The position numbers were made by a program, and so were the translations under genes. The notes under the pieces were generated by a model. That model did not search any database. It saw only the letters and a list, made by a program, of their open reading frames with translations, and had not been told where the DNA came from. A DNA stretch of 64,000 nt from a virus, in IMG/VR virus record IMGVR_UViG_3300036851_000176, positions 32,001 through 96,000 of that record; one strand, written 5' to 3'. Within the stretch, counting starts at the first letter, position 1, and every line of letters begins with the position of its first letter. This document shows, piece by piece, positions 1 to 8,839 of this stretch.

Positions 1-150
1 CCAGTTCGCTGTGATGAACTCATGGGGCATGCAAGACTCACCGCATTCTGGACAGCGAGGCGGGTAACTGGGACGGGTCCCGTCACAGGCGTAGTAGTCC
101 TGCCACAAACATTCGGAACAGGACACCACTCGGTAGGTTCGGTCACTCAT
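1..150 (-). CDS. Small zinc-ribbon protein (partial, runs off window)
   Basis: Hand translation MSDRTYRVVSCSECLWQDYY...PPRCPECGESCMPHEF has two CxxC motifs; ATGA overlap with the upstream gene's stop. Confidence 0.65.
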   Translation of the reverse strand, partial: MSDRTYRVVSCSECLWQDYYACDGTRPSYPPRCPECGESCMPHEFITANW

Positions 151-455
151 CGCTTCCTTTCTTTCCGTTTGCCGACCAATCCCTTTCCATCCACATCTTC
201 GATCTCTTCGAGCAGTCGGTCAAGCTTCTCCTGAATGGCCTCCGTGTCAGCGTTCTGGGACGACTGGACGAGGAAGATCATGAGGAAGGTGACGATCGTC
301 GTGGCGGTGTTGGCGATGAGTTGCCAGGTATCTGAAAAGTGAAAGGCTGGACCTGCGAGACCCCACAGCAGGCAGAGGACCAGAGCGATGACGAAGACAA
401 CCGGCTCACCGAGTTTCTCCGAGGCCCAGTCGGCAAACTTGTCGAAATGTTTCAT
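147..455 (-). CDS. Low-affinity iron permease (Fet4-like) family small membrane protein
   Basis: Signature GPAFHFSDTWQLIANTATTIVTFLMIFLVQSSQN..TEAIQEKLD; two TM helices. Confidence 0.8.
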   Translation of the reverse strand: MKHFDKFADWASEKLGEPVVFVIALVLCLLWGLAGPAFHFSDTWQLIANTATTIVTFLMIFLVQSSQNADTEAIQEKLDRLLEEIEDVDGKGLVGKRKERKR

Positions 456-465
456 GGTCCATATC

Positions 466-2796
466 CTACCGCCCCGCGTTCGGGTAAACCGCTCGGATCA
501 GTTCGTTCCATTTCTCGTAACTGGCATCGACACTCTGAGTCTCAGCGAATGCCCGTCCCTCTCGCCGGAACTGTGCTCGCTGTAGAGCGGCAGGCTCAGA
601 ATCCTCGAAGATCGCTCCCATCATCCGTAGGAATCGCGTCTGGTAATCGCTGTTGCGCGGCCACCCGGAGAGTCGAAGATGTCGGCTCGCCACGTTGTCT
701 TTCAGAGCCGCCAGATCGGTCGTGATGGGCAAGCAGCCAGCGGCCTGAGCCTGAACAGCGGTGAGACAGTATGTCTCCATGAAGTTCGTCGGATAGGCCC
801 AGATGTCGGCCGTGAGTTGGTGCTTGGCGAGAACCTCCGGAGGCTGACGACCCATCCACACAAGACCGGCCTCTTCTGCTCCTAGCGATTCCCACTGATT
901 CAGGATCGTTTCTTTGAGGTTAGCGATGTAGTGTCCAGGGTTCTGAGCGAGGATCTTATCGATGTAGTTCCACCCATAGAACACTTCGAGAGTCGCATCG
1001 GGCATCATCTGACGCAGACTCGGCCAAAGCGCGAGTAGCGTCTCCAGCCCTCGATCAGGAGAGGAAGACCAGATGAATTTATGGCCGTCATCGCTGCGTG
1101 CTTCCGGGTACAAACTAAGATCAATCCCATTGGGAATGACGACCATCTTGTCTACGGGAATCCCGTAGAGGTTGTGAAGATGTGTCCGATGCCAATTCGA
1201 GATGGGCACGATCGCATCCGGCTGACCGGCCACCTCTCGCAACGATGGACCAATGTTCACGTCGTGTAGCCAAAGGAACTTGGCCTTAGCGGCGATTGGT
1301 CCTGCGAAAGGGATAGCCGCGCGACTGGAGATGAAAACCGTGTGTGGCTCGTTTGGAATGAAGTCCTCTGACTTCCAGTATTCCACTCCGTCTGGACCGA
1401 TCCCTTCAGCGTCCCCCGGGCAGCCGAAGACGCTCACTCGCCACCCGTCCGCTGCGAATCGGGGAGCGAGTTCGAGCACGAGCGTCTCGGCGCCTCCGTG
1501 GCCTCCGGCGCGAAGGGTGTTCTGATTCCAGGGCTCGGCGATCGGGTTCGTGAAGAAGCAAATGCTCTTGTCTGGCTTCGTACCTCGCCGCTTTTCGAGT
1601 TGCTGTTCCGGCTTCGACTTCTTGCCCTGATCTGCGATCTTCTTGCGCAGAGCCTTGATACGCCCGCCGAGATCGTTGTTCGGGTCGTCCCAAATCTTCC
1701 TCGCCGCCGTGTAGTCAACCAAAGCGGGATCGTAAGCCCCCATCGCCTCAGCGGCGATTGCTCTCAGGAAGAGAGGGTTGAAGTCGTAGTTGTGCGGCTC
1801 CAGGGCCACCGTTGTCTCTGGACGCTCCAGATTGACAGCGATGTCCGCGAAAGAGTGCATGCGCGGCCAGTCTCGCAAGGACAGACAAGCCTTGGCGCAT
1901 CCGATCCAGCAGTCAGGCCAATCCGGTCGCTGACGAGCGGTCTGTAAATAGGCATCGATCGCCCCCGTATAGTCGCCCTTGACATGGAAGAGTTCTCCCA
2001 TGTGATAACCGGCCTTGTACTCCTGGTCGGGACTCTTCGGTGCATCCATCGAGAGGTAGCGTTTCCATGCGACGATCGCCGCCTCCGCTAGCATGACCTG
2101 ACGCATTGGATCCTTCTCGTGCAGCGCCGCCCCGTTCGCCTCATTGGCGAAGTAATAGGCATGACGAGGCTCGTTCGGCTCCTCCTTCAGCGCTCGCATA
2201 ATGATCTTCCGGTTCCGCTCGCGAGTCCCGCGCTCTTCCGACGAGTTGCGCAGATGCTTGATGAAAACTGGACCCTTGTACCGAAGCATCGGAGTGCCGT
2301 GCGGGGATCGAACGGTTTCATGGATCGGCCACTTCCAGGCCCAAGGCCAGTCCGTGCTGAAGATCCGCTCGCGCCACTGATCGATGACGACAGCTCCAGT
2401 CTTCGGCTCAATCGAGTAGGCGTAGCGCATGGTCGCGCCTTTGACGTAGGGGTTCTTCTCCAGGGCGTCAAACAGAGGGGAGAGACCTTCGGGTGCTTCC
2501 AGAACGTCGTCCTTGTCAACCCACAACCACCAGCCGTACTTATCCATCGGGATCATGTCGAGAGCGAGGTTGCGAGAGTAGGCAAAGTTTTCGATCCACT
2601 CACTGCGCGCCCAGGTAATCGGAGTTTCCGACCAGCGATTCCAAGAAGGGACATGAGACTTCTTGCCGTTGTAGTTGACGTAGATCGCCTCGATCTCTGG
2701 CTGTGCATCGAGAGAAGCCAAGAGGGGTTTCACTTCATCGGCGCGCCAGTCATCGCCCACGATCATGCTGATTGCTACGGTGCGGGGTCTGATCAT
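466..2796 (-). CDS. Bifunctional glycosyltransferase (GT2 + TPR + GT4)
   Basis: N-terminal NFAYSRN, WVDKDD (DxD) and PIHE; central TPR-like helices; C-terminal GGAET, WLHD, IPNGID, SSSPDRGL, ETYCLTAVQAQAAG. Confidence 0.9.
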   Translation of the reverse strand: MIRPRTVAISMIVGDDWRADEVKPLLASLDAQPEIEAIYVNYNGKKSHVPSWNRWSETPITWARSEWIENFAYSRNLALDMIPMDKYGWWLWVDKDDVLEAPEGLSPLFDALEKNPYVKGATMRYAYSIEPKTGAVVIDQWRERIFSTDWPWAWKWPIHETVRSPHGTPMLRYKGPVFIKHLRNSSEERGTRERNRKIIMRALKEEPNEPRHAYYFANEANGAALHEKDPMRQVMLAEAAIVAWKRYLSMDAPKSPDQEYKAGYHMGELFHVKGDYTGAIDAYLQTARQRPDWPDCWIGCAKACLSLRDWPRMHSFADIAVNLERPETTVALEPHNYDFNPLFLRAIAAEAMGAYDPALVDYTAARKIWDDPNNDLGGRIKALRKKIADQGKKSKPEQQLEKRRGTKPDKSICFFTNPIAEPWNQNTLRAGGHGGAETLVLELAPRFAADGWRVSVFGCPGDAEGIGPDGVEYWKSEDFIPNEPHTVFISSRAAIPFAGPIAAKAKFLWLHDVNIGPSLREVAGQPDAIVPISNWHRTHLHNLYGIPVDKMVVIPNGIDLSLYPEARSDDGHKFIWSSSPDRGLETLLALWPSLRQMMPDATLEVFYGWNYIDKILAQNPGHYIANLKETILNQWESLGAEEAGLVWMGRQPPEVLAKHQLTADIWAYPTNFMETYCLTAVQAQAAGCLPITTDLAALKDNVASRHLRLSGWPRNSDYQTRFLRMMGAIFEDSEPAALQRAQFRREGRAFAETQSVDASYEKWNELIRAVYPNAGR

Positions 2797-3431
2797 CCCT
2801 CGATCCCTTCAACACCCAGGTACGTCTCGACGCCATAGGCTTCTTCGATCATGTATGCGATCTCGCGAGGATCGATGATGGGTTTTCCGGCGTGAGCCGT
2901 CCCGTCTGCCTGGACGTAGAAATCGTAATTGTCAGGGACATAGAAATTGAGAGGGTAAGCGTACTCTGCGATGTACCCGTCTTGGTACTGAAGCACCCGG
3001 CCCCATAGTTGAACCTCGCCGATGATCGAGAACTTGGTGGTATAGAACGTGCTCCACTTGACCGCCGTCTCTACTTCCTTGACCGCGTAAATTCCGCATC
3101 CGTGCGTCTGATCCGGAGCACAATGATGAAGAGAGGACTGATCAATTCCCAGGTTCTTCTTCCACCTTCCTAGGCAGTGAGCGCGAGTGGCTCGCTTTCG
3201 GAGCCAAGGAATCGGGTGAGTGATTGATCTGATGAGAGCACGCCCTCGACCCGTTTTCTCGAAGCAGTCACAAACTCCCGGAGCGCAGACATTCCACGCT
3301 CGCCAAGCGATGATCGGTTCGATGTAGAAAGGAGCTTCGAGTTCGAAGGTGGCTTCGAGATTCTCGTCCGGCTGAGTCGATGCCATGGGTAGCGACGGTC
3401 GCCTTCCCATCATCCCCCATCCGTCAGGCAT
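2793..3431 (-). CDS. Hypothetical protein, Cys/His motifs
   Basis: AWRAW, AHC, HCAPDQTHGCGIYA, IIGEVQLWGRV motifs; overlaps both neighbours. Confidence 0.75.
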   Translation of the reverse strand: MPDGWGMMGRRPSLPMASTQPDENLEATFELEAPFYIEPIIAWRAWNVCAPGVCDCFEKTGRGRALIRSITHPIPWLRKRATRAHCLGRWKKNLGIDQSSLHHCAPDQTHGCGIYAVKEVETAVKWSTFYTTKFSIIGEVQLWGRVLQYQDGYIAEYAYPLNFYVPDNYDFYVQADGTAHAGKPIIDPREIAYMIEEAYGVETYLGVEGIEG

Positions 3432-3586
3432 TAGGCCGGAACAAGTTCGGGATCACGTTCGCGCGTGGGCGCGCGTTCGGGCAACGGATTCTCCTCAGGA
3501 ACAGGTCGTGGGTTCTCACGCGGAACCGGATCCTGCACCGGCTCAATCTCGATCTGCGGGACCTCAGAGGGCTTGCCAATCTCCAC
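3431..3586 (-). CDS. Small Pro/Glu-rich protein (51 aa)
   Basis: Not in ORF track; GGAGGA RBS, GTG start, MEIGKPSEVPQIEIEPVQDPVP...; TAATG overlap with next gene. Confidence 0.7.
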   Translation of the reverse strand: MEIGKPSEVPQIEIEPVQDPVPRENPRPVPEENPLPERAPTRERDPELVPA

Positions 3587-3595
3587 TCGTCCTCC

Positions 3596-3844
3596 TTACC
3601 CGCTGACGTACATGCCAGCAAGAGCGATTGAGCGCTTCTTCTGTGCGGCTGCGGCATCACCGGTCAAGTCGGCAATAACCGCCACATTCCGTTTGCCGAA
3701 GGTGCTGCCGTCCAGGAGAGCGGCCAACTCGGTCGCGTTGAGGGTCACCCCATCCTTGTAAGAAAACGCCTCCACGTCTACCCCGGCTCCGTTCACGTTC
3801 GCCAACTGCTCATCGGATCCGTTGATGATGGTGTAATTCGTCAC
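3596..3844 (-). CDS. Small putative virion protein (YTxxNG domain, copy 1)
   Basis: Paralogous to 7268..7507 and the C-terminus of 7527..8483. Confidence 0.8.
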   Translation of the reverse strand: MTNYTIINGSDEQLANVNGAGVDVEAFSYKDGVTLNATELAALLDGSTFGKRNVAVIADLTGDAAAAQKKRSIALAGMYVSG

Positions 3845-3855
3845 TCTAGCAGACC

Positions 3856-4293
3856 TTACGTGTAGGAGAGCTTAAAGGTCGTAACGAGGGAGAACGTGGA
3901 CTGCTTGGTCAGAGACAGACCGTCAATCCCGAACATGAGGGTGGATGAGGTGGCCGAAGGGGCGCCGTTGTGGAGCGCGATCCTCGTGATCGTCTTCGTG
4001 TTCAGGTTCACGTCGGCTGCGGGCAGCGTGTAAACGTGCGTCACAACGTGGGGAGTCGCCGCCGCTGGGCTGGTTGGCGTGGAGTCCAGAACAGCCGATG
4101 AAGACTGAAGGGTAGGTCCACCCGTGCCTCCGTTTCGGAGCGTGGTGTCCGTGTTCACGAAGTTGGTGTGCCCGCCGCCGGTTACTGCCCCGTCGTCCAG
4201 AGACATGTGCGTGATTGCGGCACCCGCTCCCGCCACACCGGAGGCGCGGTCGCCCACCATTTTGAGTCCCTGCGTGAAGTTGACGTTCGCCAT
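3856..4293 (-). CDS. Putative virion structural protein
   Basis: Thr/Gly/Ala-rich beta-type sequence within fibre cluster. Confidence 0.7.
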   Translation of the reverse strand: MANVNFTQGLKMVGDRASGVAGAGAAITHMSLDDGAVTGGGHTNFVNTDTTLRNGGTGGPTLQSSSAVLDSTPTSPAAATPHVVTHVYTLPAADVNLNTKTITRIALHNGAPSATSSTLMFGIDGLSLTKQSTFSLVTTFKLSYT

Positions 4294-4470
4294 TTAGTTC
4301 TCCGCCCGCTTATACCACGTAATGATGGCGTGACTTCCATCCTCGGCGCACTCGATGTTTTCGAAGCCAGCCAGTTTGGCGTCGGCGATGGCCTGATCGA
4401 GGGTCACACCCTCAGCCGGGGTAAGGATGCTGGAGACCTCTTCGATCCGGACTTCTGGAGTTGTTTGCAT
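4294..4470 (-). CDS. Small hypothetical protein
   Basis: MQTTPEVRIEEV...WYKRAEN fills the gap between fibre genes; the longer ORF call is an alternate frame of the Gly-rich gene. Confidence 0.6.
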   Translation of the reverse strand: MQTTPEVRIEEVSSILTPAEGVTLDQAIADAKLAGFENIECAEDGSHAIITWYKRAEN

Positions 4471-4483
4471 GGGCCACATCATA

Positions 4484-5782
4484 TCAGAGAGTAAAGGTGA
4501 TTCGAACTTCGCCCTTAGCTCCCGCCGAAGCAGCCTGGAGGGTCGAAGCCCCGCCTCCGCCCCCACCAATGATGTTTCCCGGGGTGGCAGGGACAGATCC
4601 GACCGCCGGGGAGGACGCTCCTGTGCCGCCCGTGCCAGATGTCCGGCCATCGATCGTCCCTGTTCCAGAGGCGTTCCCCATCGCCCCGGCTGTGCCGCCC
4701 GCTCCGCCAGCACCGGCAGCGACACCAGTGCCTCCCGTGCCGCCAGCGCCGTTATCACCGGCCCCTCCGCCGCCCCCGCCTCCAGACGTGTTAGCGCCGC
4801 CTCCGCCTCCGCCTGTTCCCCCGTTGAAGTTGCCGTTCGTGCCGGTACCGCCGGTCCCTCCCAGTCCGCCCGCTCCCTGTCCACCCACGGCGCCAGCGAC
4901 TCCCTTCAATCCCTTCTTGGCGACGACTACCGTGCTGTCGTAGGTGGAGTCGTTTCCGTCAGCGTCTACCGCTCCGCCTGCGCCGACGACGATGGCCTTG
5001 ACCTCACCTCCTGTGACCGTAACAGCGTTCGTTCGCCGATATTCTCCGCCTCCGCCTCCGCCGGATCCGTTAATGGTACCCATAGAGGCTCCTCCTCCGC
5101 CGCCTCCCCAAGCCTCCACCTTCAGAGATGTCACTCCGGAGGGGACAGTGAAGTTGTCGTTTGCAGTGTAGGCGAACGTATAGGTCCTGGCGGGAATCGT
5201 GATGGGGATACCAAGTTCGGTGTGAGTAATGTCGAAATTGGATACTGATGGAGCGATAGCGACCGAGTTGGTCGGTTCAATCTGGAACTTGTCCACGGTC
5301 GGAGAAACAGCGATCGAGGGCGCGTCAGGATTGATACTGATCTTGTCCACAGTCGGCGATACTGCAACTCCTAGAGCATCGTGGGTCGCCTCAAATTTGT
5401 CGATGGTGGGCGAGACAGAAACCAGCACAGCGTCCGGATTGATGGCGAACATGATCGACAGGGCAATGGCAACATTAAGAGCGCTGAAGAACATCTCCAG
5501 TTTGTCCACAGTCGGGGAAATGGAAACCCCATTGACGGTCACCACTTCAAAATTGTCAATGAACGCCGAGACCGCAATCATATGAGGATCGACTGCTCCG
5601 AAGCCAGGAATCCAGCGCACGATGGCATCGCCTCCTCCTCCTGCTCCTGGGACATCGATCCACGTTGTGCCGTTATAGAGCCTTCCCTTCTGGGAGGCCG
5701 TGTTGTAGTAGAACGCCCCCTCGTCTACTCCGGTCGGATCGGTGTCGGAAGGAGCGAGGACAAGGATGTCAAGAATCTTCAT
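4484..5782 (-). CDS. Fibre protein with SPTVDK repeats and Gly-rich C-terminal domain
   Basis: N-terminal YYNT..W knob motif, ~18-aa repeats, FTVPSGVTSLKVEAWGGGGGG...GAKGEVRIT. Confidence 0.85.
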   Translation of the reverse strand: MKILDILVLAPSDTDPTGVDEGAFYYNTASQKGRLYNGTTWIDVPGAGGGGDAIVRWIPGFGAVDPHMIAVSAFIDNFEVVTVNGVSISPTVDKLEMFFSALNVAIALSIMFAINPDAVLVSVSPTIDKFEATHDALGVAVSPTVDKISINPDAPSIAVSPTVDKFQIEPTNSVAIAPSVSNFDITHTELGIPITIPARTYTFAYTANDNFTVPSGVTSLKVEAWGGGGGGASMGTINGSGGGGGGEYRRTNAVTVTGGEVKAIVVGAGGAVDADGNDSTYDSTVVVAKKGLKGVAGAVGGQGAGGLGGTGGTGTNGNFNGGTGGGGGGANTSGGGGGGGAGDNGAGGTGGTGVAAGAGGAGGTAGAMGNASGTGTIDGRTSGTGGTGASSPAVGSVPATPGNIIGGGGGGASTLQAASAGAKGEVRITFTL

Positions 5783-5922
5783 GCTACGTCAGTCCATACG
5801 CCAGCAATGAGAATGCGCAACTTGTGTGAGGTCGTGTTGTAGTAGAGGCTTCCGTCGTCGAGTCCGGTCGTGTCCGGGTCACTCGACTTCTGTCCCAAGT
5901 AGATCACGTCAAGCAACTTCAT
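5779..5922 (-). CDS. 47-aa paralog of the N-terminus of the downstream fibre
   Basis: Hand translation [47 protein letters not shown]; TGATG and ATGA overlaps. Confidence 0.75.
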   Translation of the reverse strand: MKLLDVIYLGQKSSDPDTTGLDDGSLYYNTTSHKLRILIAGVWTDVA

Positions 5923-6839
5923 CAGTGAACCACCGCTCGGTAAGCATTGGAGGCCGGAGGAAGCAGGAAGATGATGTCCACCGTGTTCGTCGTGGTGTGC
6001 TGAACGGTCGGGAAGACCTCATCCCATGGCGATGAGTTTCGGTAGACGCGAACGTCCAAGTCGCGAGTGCCGAGGTTGTGAGTGACCGTGATGGTCGTGC
6101 TCGTTCCGTCTCCGATCGTTGCCGAGAATCGCGGGGCGTTCGATCCCGTCGCTCCTGCGGGGCCTGTAGCTCCTGTTGCTCCTTGAGTTCCCGCTGATCC
6201 GGTGGCACCAGTGAATCCTCTATCTCCCTGAAGTCCTTCTGGGCCGAGCGGTCCGGTCGCGCCTGTAGATCCTGGCCCTCCATCGCTACCAGCAGGTCCG
6301 GTCGCGCCTGTAGATCCGCTCGCGCCCACCTGTCCCGTCGCACCCGTCGATCCACTCCCGGTAGCACCAGTTGCACCGACAGTTCCAGCAACCCCGACTG
6401 GACCCGTCGCTCCAGTCGCGCCTGCGCCAGTAGCGCCCGTTGATCCCCGTGGACCAGTTTCTCCAGTCGATCCAGTTGCTCCAGTTGTTCCTGCCCCGGT
6501 TGCCCCTGTGGCACCAGTTGCTCCACCGGGATCTCCTTGCGGGCCAGTGGCTCCGGTGGCACCAGTCGGTCCACCGGGGTCTCCGGGATCCCCTTTGGGT
6601 CCTACGACAGGAGCAATTTCAACAACAGAAGTTCCCAGTTCAAGGACGCTAACTTCGGCGTCTCCCTCCTGGCGAATGACAACCTTCGTGATCGTCTCTT
6701 CAGTGACGATATCTGTATCGTCCCCCGACTCGATAACGACCTGCGCGGGAAGTTCCTCGACGCGCAGTTCGGAGCCAGAGGGGTTCTGGACTACGAGTTT
6801 CTCATCGGACTCGTTGATCTCGATTTTCGGATCGCTCAT
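5922..6839 (-). CDS. Collagen-like fibre protein
   Basis: Long G-X-Y (GAT/GST/GPT) run; C-terminal [14 protein letters not shown] domain. Confidence 0.9.
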   Translation of the reverse strand: MSDPKIEINESDEKLVVQNPSGSELRVEELPAQVVIESGDDTDIVTEETITKVVIRQEGDAEVSVLELGTSVVEIAPVVGPKGDPGDPGGPTGATGATGPQGDPGGATGATGATGAGTTGATGSTGETGPRGSTGATGAGATGATGPVGVAGTVGATGATGSGSTGATGQVGASGSTGATGPAGSDGGPGSTGATGPLGPEGLQGDRGFTGATGSAGTQGATGATGPAGATGSNAPRFSATIGDGTSTTITVTHNLGTRDLDVRVYRNSSPWDEVFPTVQHTTTNTVDIIFLLPPASNAYRAVVH

Positions 6840-7231
6840 GCGCCCTGCCGTCTATGAAGAACAATTCCTCCCTCCATGAGGCGAACCACGTCGCCGCTCC
6901 CGAAGGTGATGTAGAGGTCATAGACGCCCTGCGCTCGATGCTTGTCCCAATCGAGAGCGGCAGTCGTCTCGTCGTCCATCTCGATCTCGATCGTTCCGGC
7001 CACTCCTCCGAGAGTGATTCCATCTCCGGTTGTGAGGGTGAGAAGCGTCGCTGTCTCCGCGCCAGGGTTGGGACTTCTGTCGCGCTCGCGCTTCGTGATC
7101 ACCAGAGAAGCCGTGCATCCGGTGAGGTTTTCGGGGTCCCCGTTCTCGTCGAGCCAGGTTCCCTGGAAGCGAAAGGTTGCCCCCTGGTTGACCGTCAGGG
7201 CGTATTTAGCTGGTCGGGTCGGCAGAGCCAT
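6836..7231 (-). CDS. BppU N-terminal-like (Ig-type) structural protein
   Basis: [17 protein letters not shown]...YDL.IT..G.V.RLMEG pattern. Confidence 0.7.
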   Translation of the reverse strand: MALPTRPAKYALTVNQGATFRFQGTWLDENGDPENLTGCTASLVITKRERDRSPNPGAETATLLTLTTGDGITLGGVAGTIEIEMDDETTAALDWDKHRAQGVYDLYITFGSGDVVRLMEGGIVLHRRQGA

Positions 7232-7267
7232 AGCACAATCCTACCAGGATCGCAAATTCCCTGGAGG

Positions 7268-7507
7268 TTACGGCAGCGTGTTCGCGTACGTCGAAGCGAT
7301 AGCGATGACTCGCTTGATGGCCTTGGCGTCTACGGCGCCCGTCTGATCCTTGATCACGGCAACGCCCTTCAGGACGCAGAGGGCAGCCAGTTCAGCGTCA
7401 GTGAGGGTTACTCCGTCTCGATAGGAGAGGGAACCCACGTCTACGCCTCCGACGTTAACGTTCAGGAGGTCAGCCTCGGTTCCGTTGATCACGGTGTAAG
7501 CTACCAT
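7268..7507 (-). CDS. Small putative virion protein (YTxxNG domain, copy 2)
   Basis: Paralogy within window. Confidence 0.8.
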   Translation of the reverse strand: MVAYTVINGTEADLLNVNVGGVDVGSLSYRDGVTLTDAELAALCVLKGVAVIKDQTGAVDAKAIKRVIAIASTYANTLP

Positions 7508-7526
7508 GGCGGCAGTGTACCACGGC

Positions 7527-8483
7527 CTAGGCCAGGGTGTTCAGGTACTTTCCGGCCTTCCAGATCGCCTTAGTCTCGGCATGGGTGAGGTCATCGGCGA
7601 AAACCATTACCCCCTTCGTGGCGCAGAGCGCCGCCAGTTCCGTATCGTTGAGAGCGACTCCCTGTCGATAAGACATGCTGGCTACATCTACTCCCGCAGC
7701 ATTCACATTCGAGAGAGTCTCCAGAGTTCCGTTGACGACCGTGTAGGTGACTGCTGCTGCGGCTGATCCGGCTGTCCACAGGTCCGAAATGTTCTGTGCG
7801 GTGAAGAGGGTACTGTGATACGAAACCTCATCCACGATCGCGTCAGGCTGGCCGAGAAGTTGGAACGAGTCGAGCGCGATGGACGTTCCGACGATGAACG
7901 GCGTGTTCGCGGCGACACCCGCCAGCACACCCTGTGACGCGCCCCCGTTCGCGCCCACGTTGTCAAAGTAGAGGTTGACATCTCCAGCGCTGTCGTACGT
8001 CACCGCGCACATATGCCGGACGCCAACAGATGGACTCACCTTGATTTGGTAATCAGTCTGCGTGGTCGGAGCCGTGAAAACAGAGAATCCCAGGAGGTCT
8101 CCGATGTCAGGGTTGGCATACTGAACTACCCATCCCTCCGCGTTCGCTCCCCCGCCTCCGATGTCCTGGTCCACGCAGTTAACGATGTCTCCGGAGACGG
8201 CCGTGCGCAGTTTGAGCCAGAAGATGAGGGTGAAGTTGGTGGGCAGGAACGCGGCCTCACCCGCGCGTCGAACTCCGCCGGAGGCGTCTCCGGTCGCGGC
8301 CTCTAGCCCAAGCGCCTTGACTGAATCGTTGACGATCCCGTCCGGGTGCGTGAACGTCTCAACGTACGTGCCGTCGCGGTTGTCGATGCCGCTGTCCTCG
8401 GCGACTGTTCCCGACGTTTCTTCTAGGCGCCAGATGAGGATCGGGTCGGCATCAATCGCAAGAAGTTCATCCAGGTAACTCAC
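7527..8483 (-). CDS. LamG/ConA-like lectin-fold protein with C-terminal YTxxNG domain
   Basis: WRLEETSGT.A.DS, FTLIFW, HMCAVTYD, LYFDN, IVDEVSY. Confidence 0.85.
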   Translation of the reverse strand: MSYLDELLAIDADPILIWRLEETSGTVAEDSGIDNRDGTYVETFTHPDGIVNDSVKALGLEAATGDASGGVRRAGEAAFLPTNFTLIFWLKLRTAVSGDIVNCVDQDIGGGGANAEGWVVQYANPDIGDLLGFSVFTAPTTQTDYQIKVSPSVGVRHMCAVTYDSAGDVNLYFDNVGANGGASQGVLAGVAANTPFIVGTSIALDSFQLLGQPDAIVDEVSYHSTLFTAQNISDLWTAGSAAAAVTYTVVNGTLETLSNVNAAGVDVASMSYRQGVALNDTELAALCATKGVMVFADDLTHAETKAIWKAGKYLNTLA

Positions 8484-8839
8484 AGTTCGTACCTCTGTAG
8501 GTATTCAGCACCGGCTTTGAGTAGGGCCGGGTCGTCCTGAAGGAGGCCCAAACCTCGATTGCAGGTGTTGCAAAGGAGTCCCCTGACCTGTCCTGTCTTG
8601 TGGCAATGATCCACTGACAGATGGCGCCGTCCTTGCGCCTGCTCCTCCGGCTTGCGAGGACAAAGAGCACAATGCCCTCCCTGAGCGGCCAGCATGGCGT
8701 AGTAGTCCTCCTGCGTCAGACCGTGCTTCCTGAGGATTCCGCGCCAGCGCGAGTTTCTGTTGTGCTCAGCGGCTCTCTCCGGATTTCGCGCGCACCATCT
8801 CTGATGTGGAGTCAGACCGTCCTCGATCTTGTGGCTCAT
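8480..8839 (-). CDS. Endonuclease VII-like HNH endonuclease
   Basis: QGGHCALC, SVDHCHKTGQVRGLLCNTCNRGLG. Confidence 0.92.
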   Translation of the reverse strand: MSHKIEDGLTPHQRWCARNPERAAEHNRNSRWRGILRKHGLTQEDYYAMLAAQGGHCALCPRKPEEQAQGRRHLSVDHCHKTGQVRGLLCNTCNRGLGLLQDDPALLKAGAEYLQRYEL

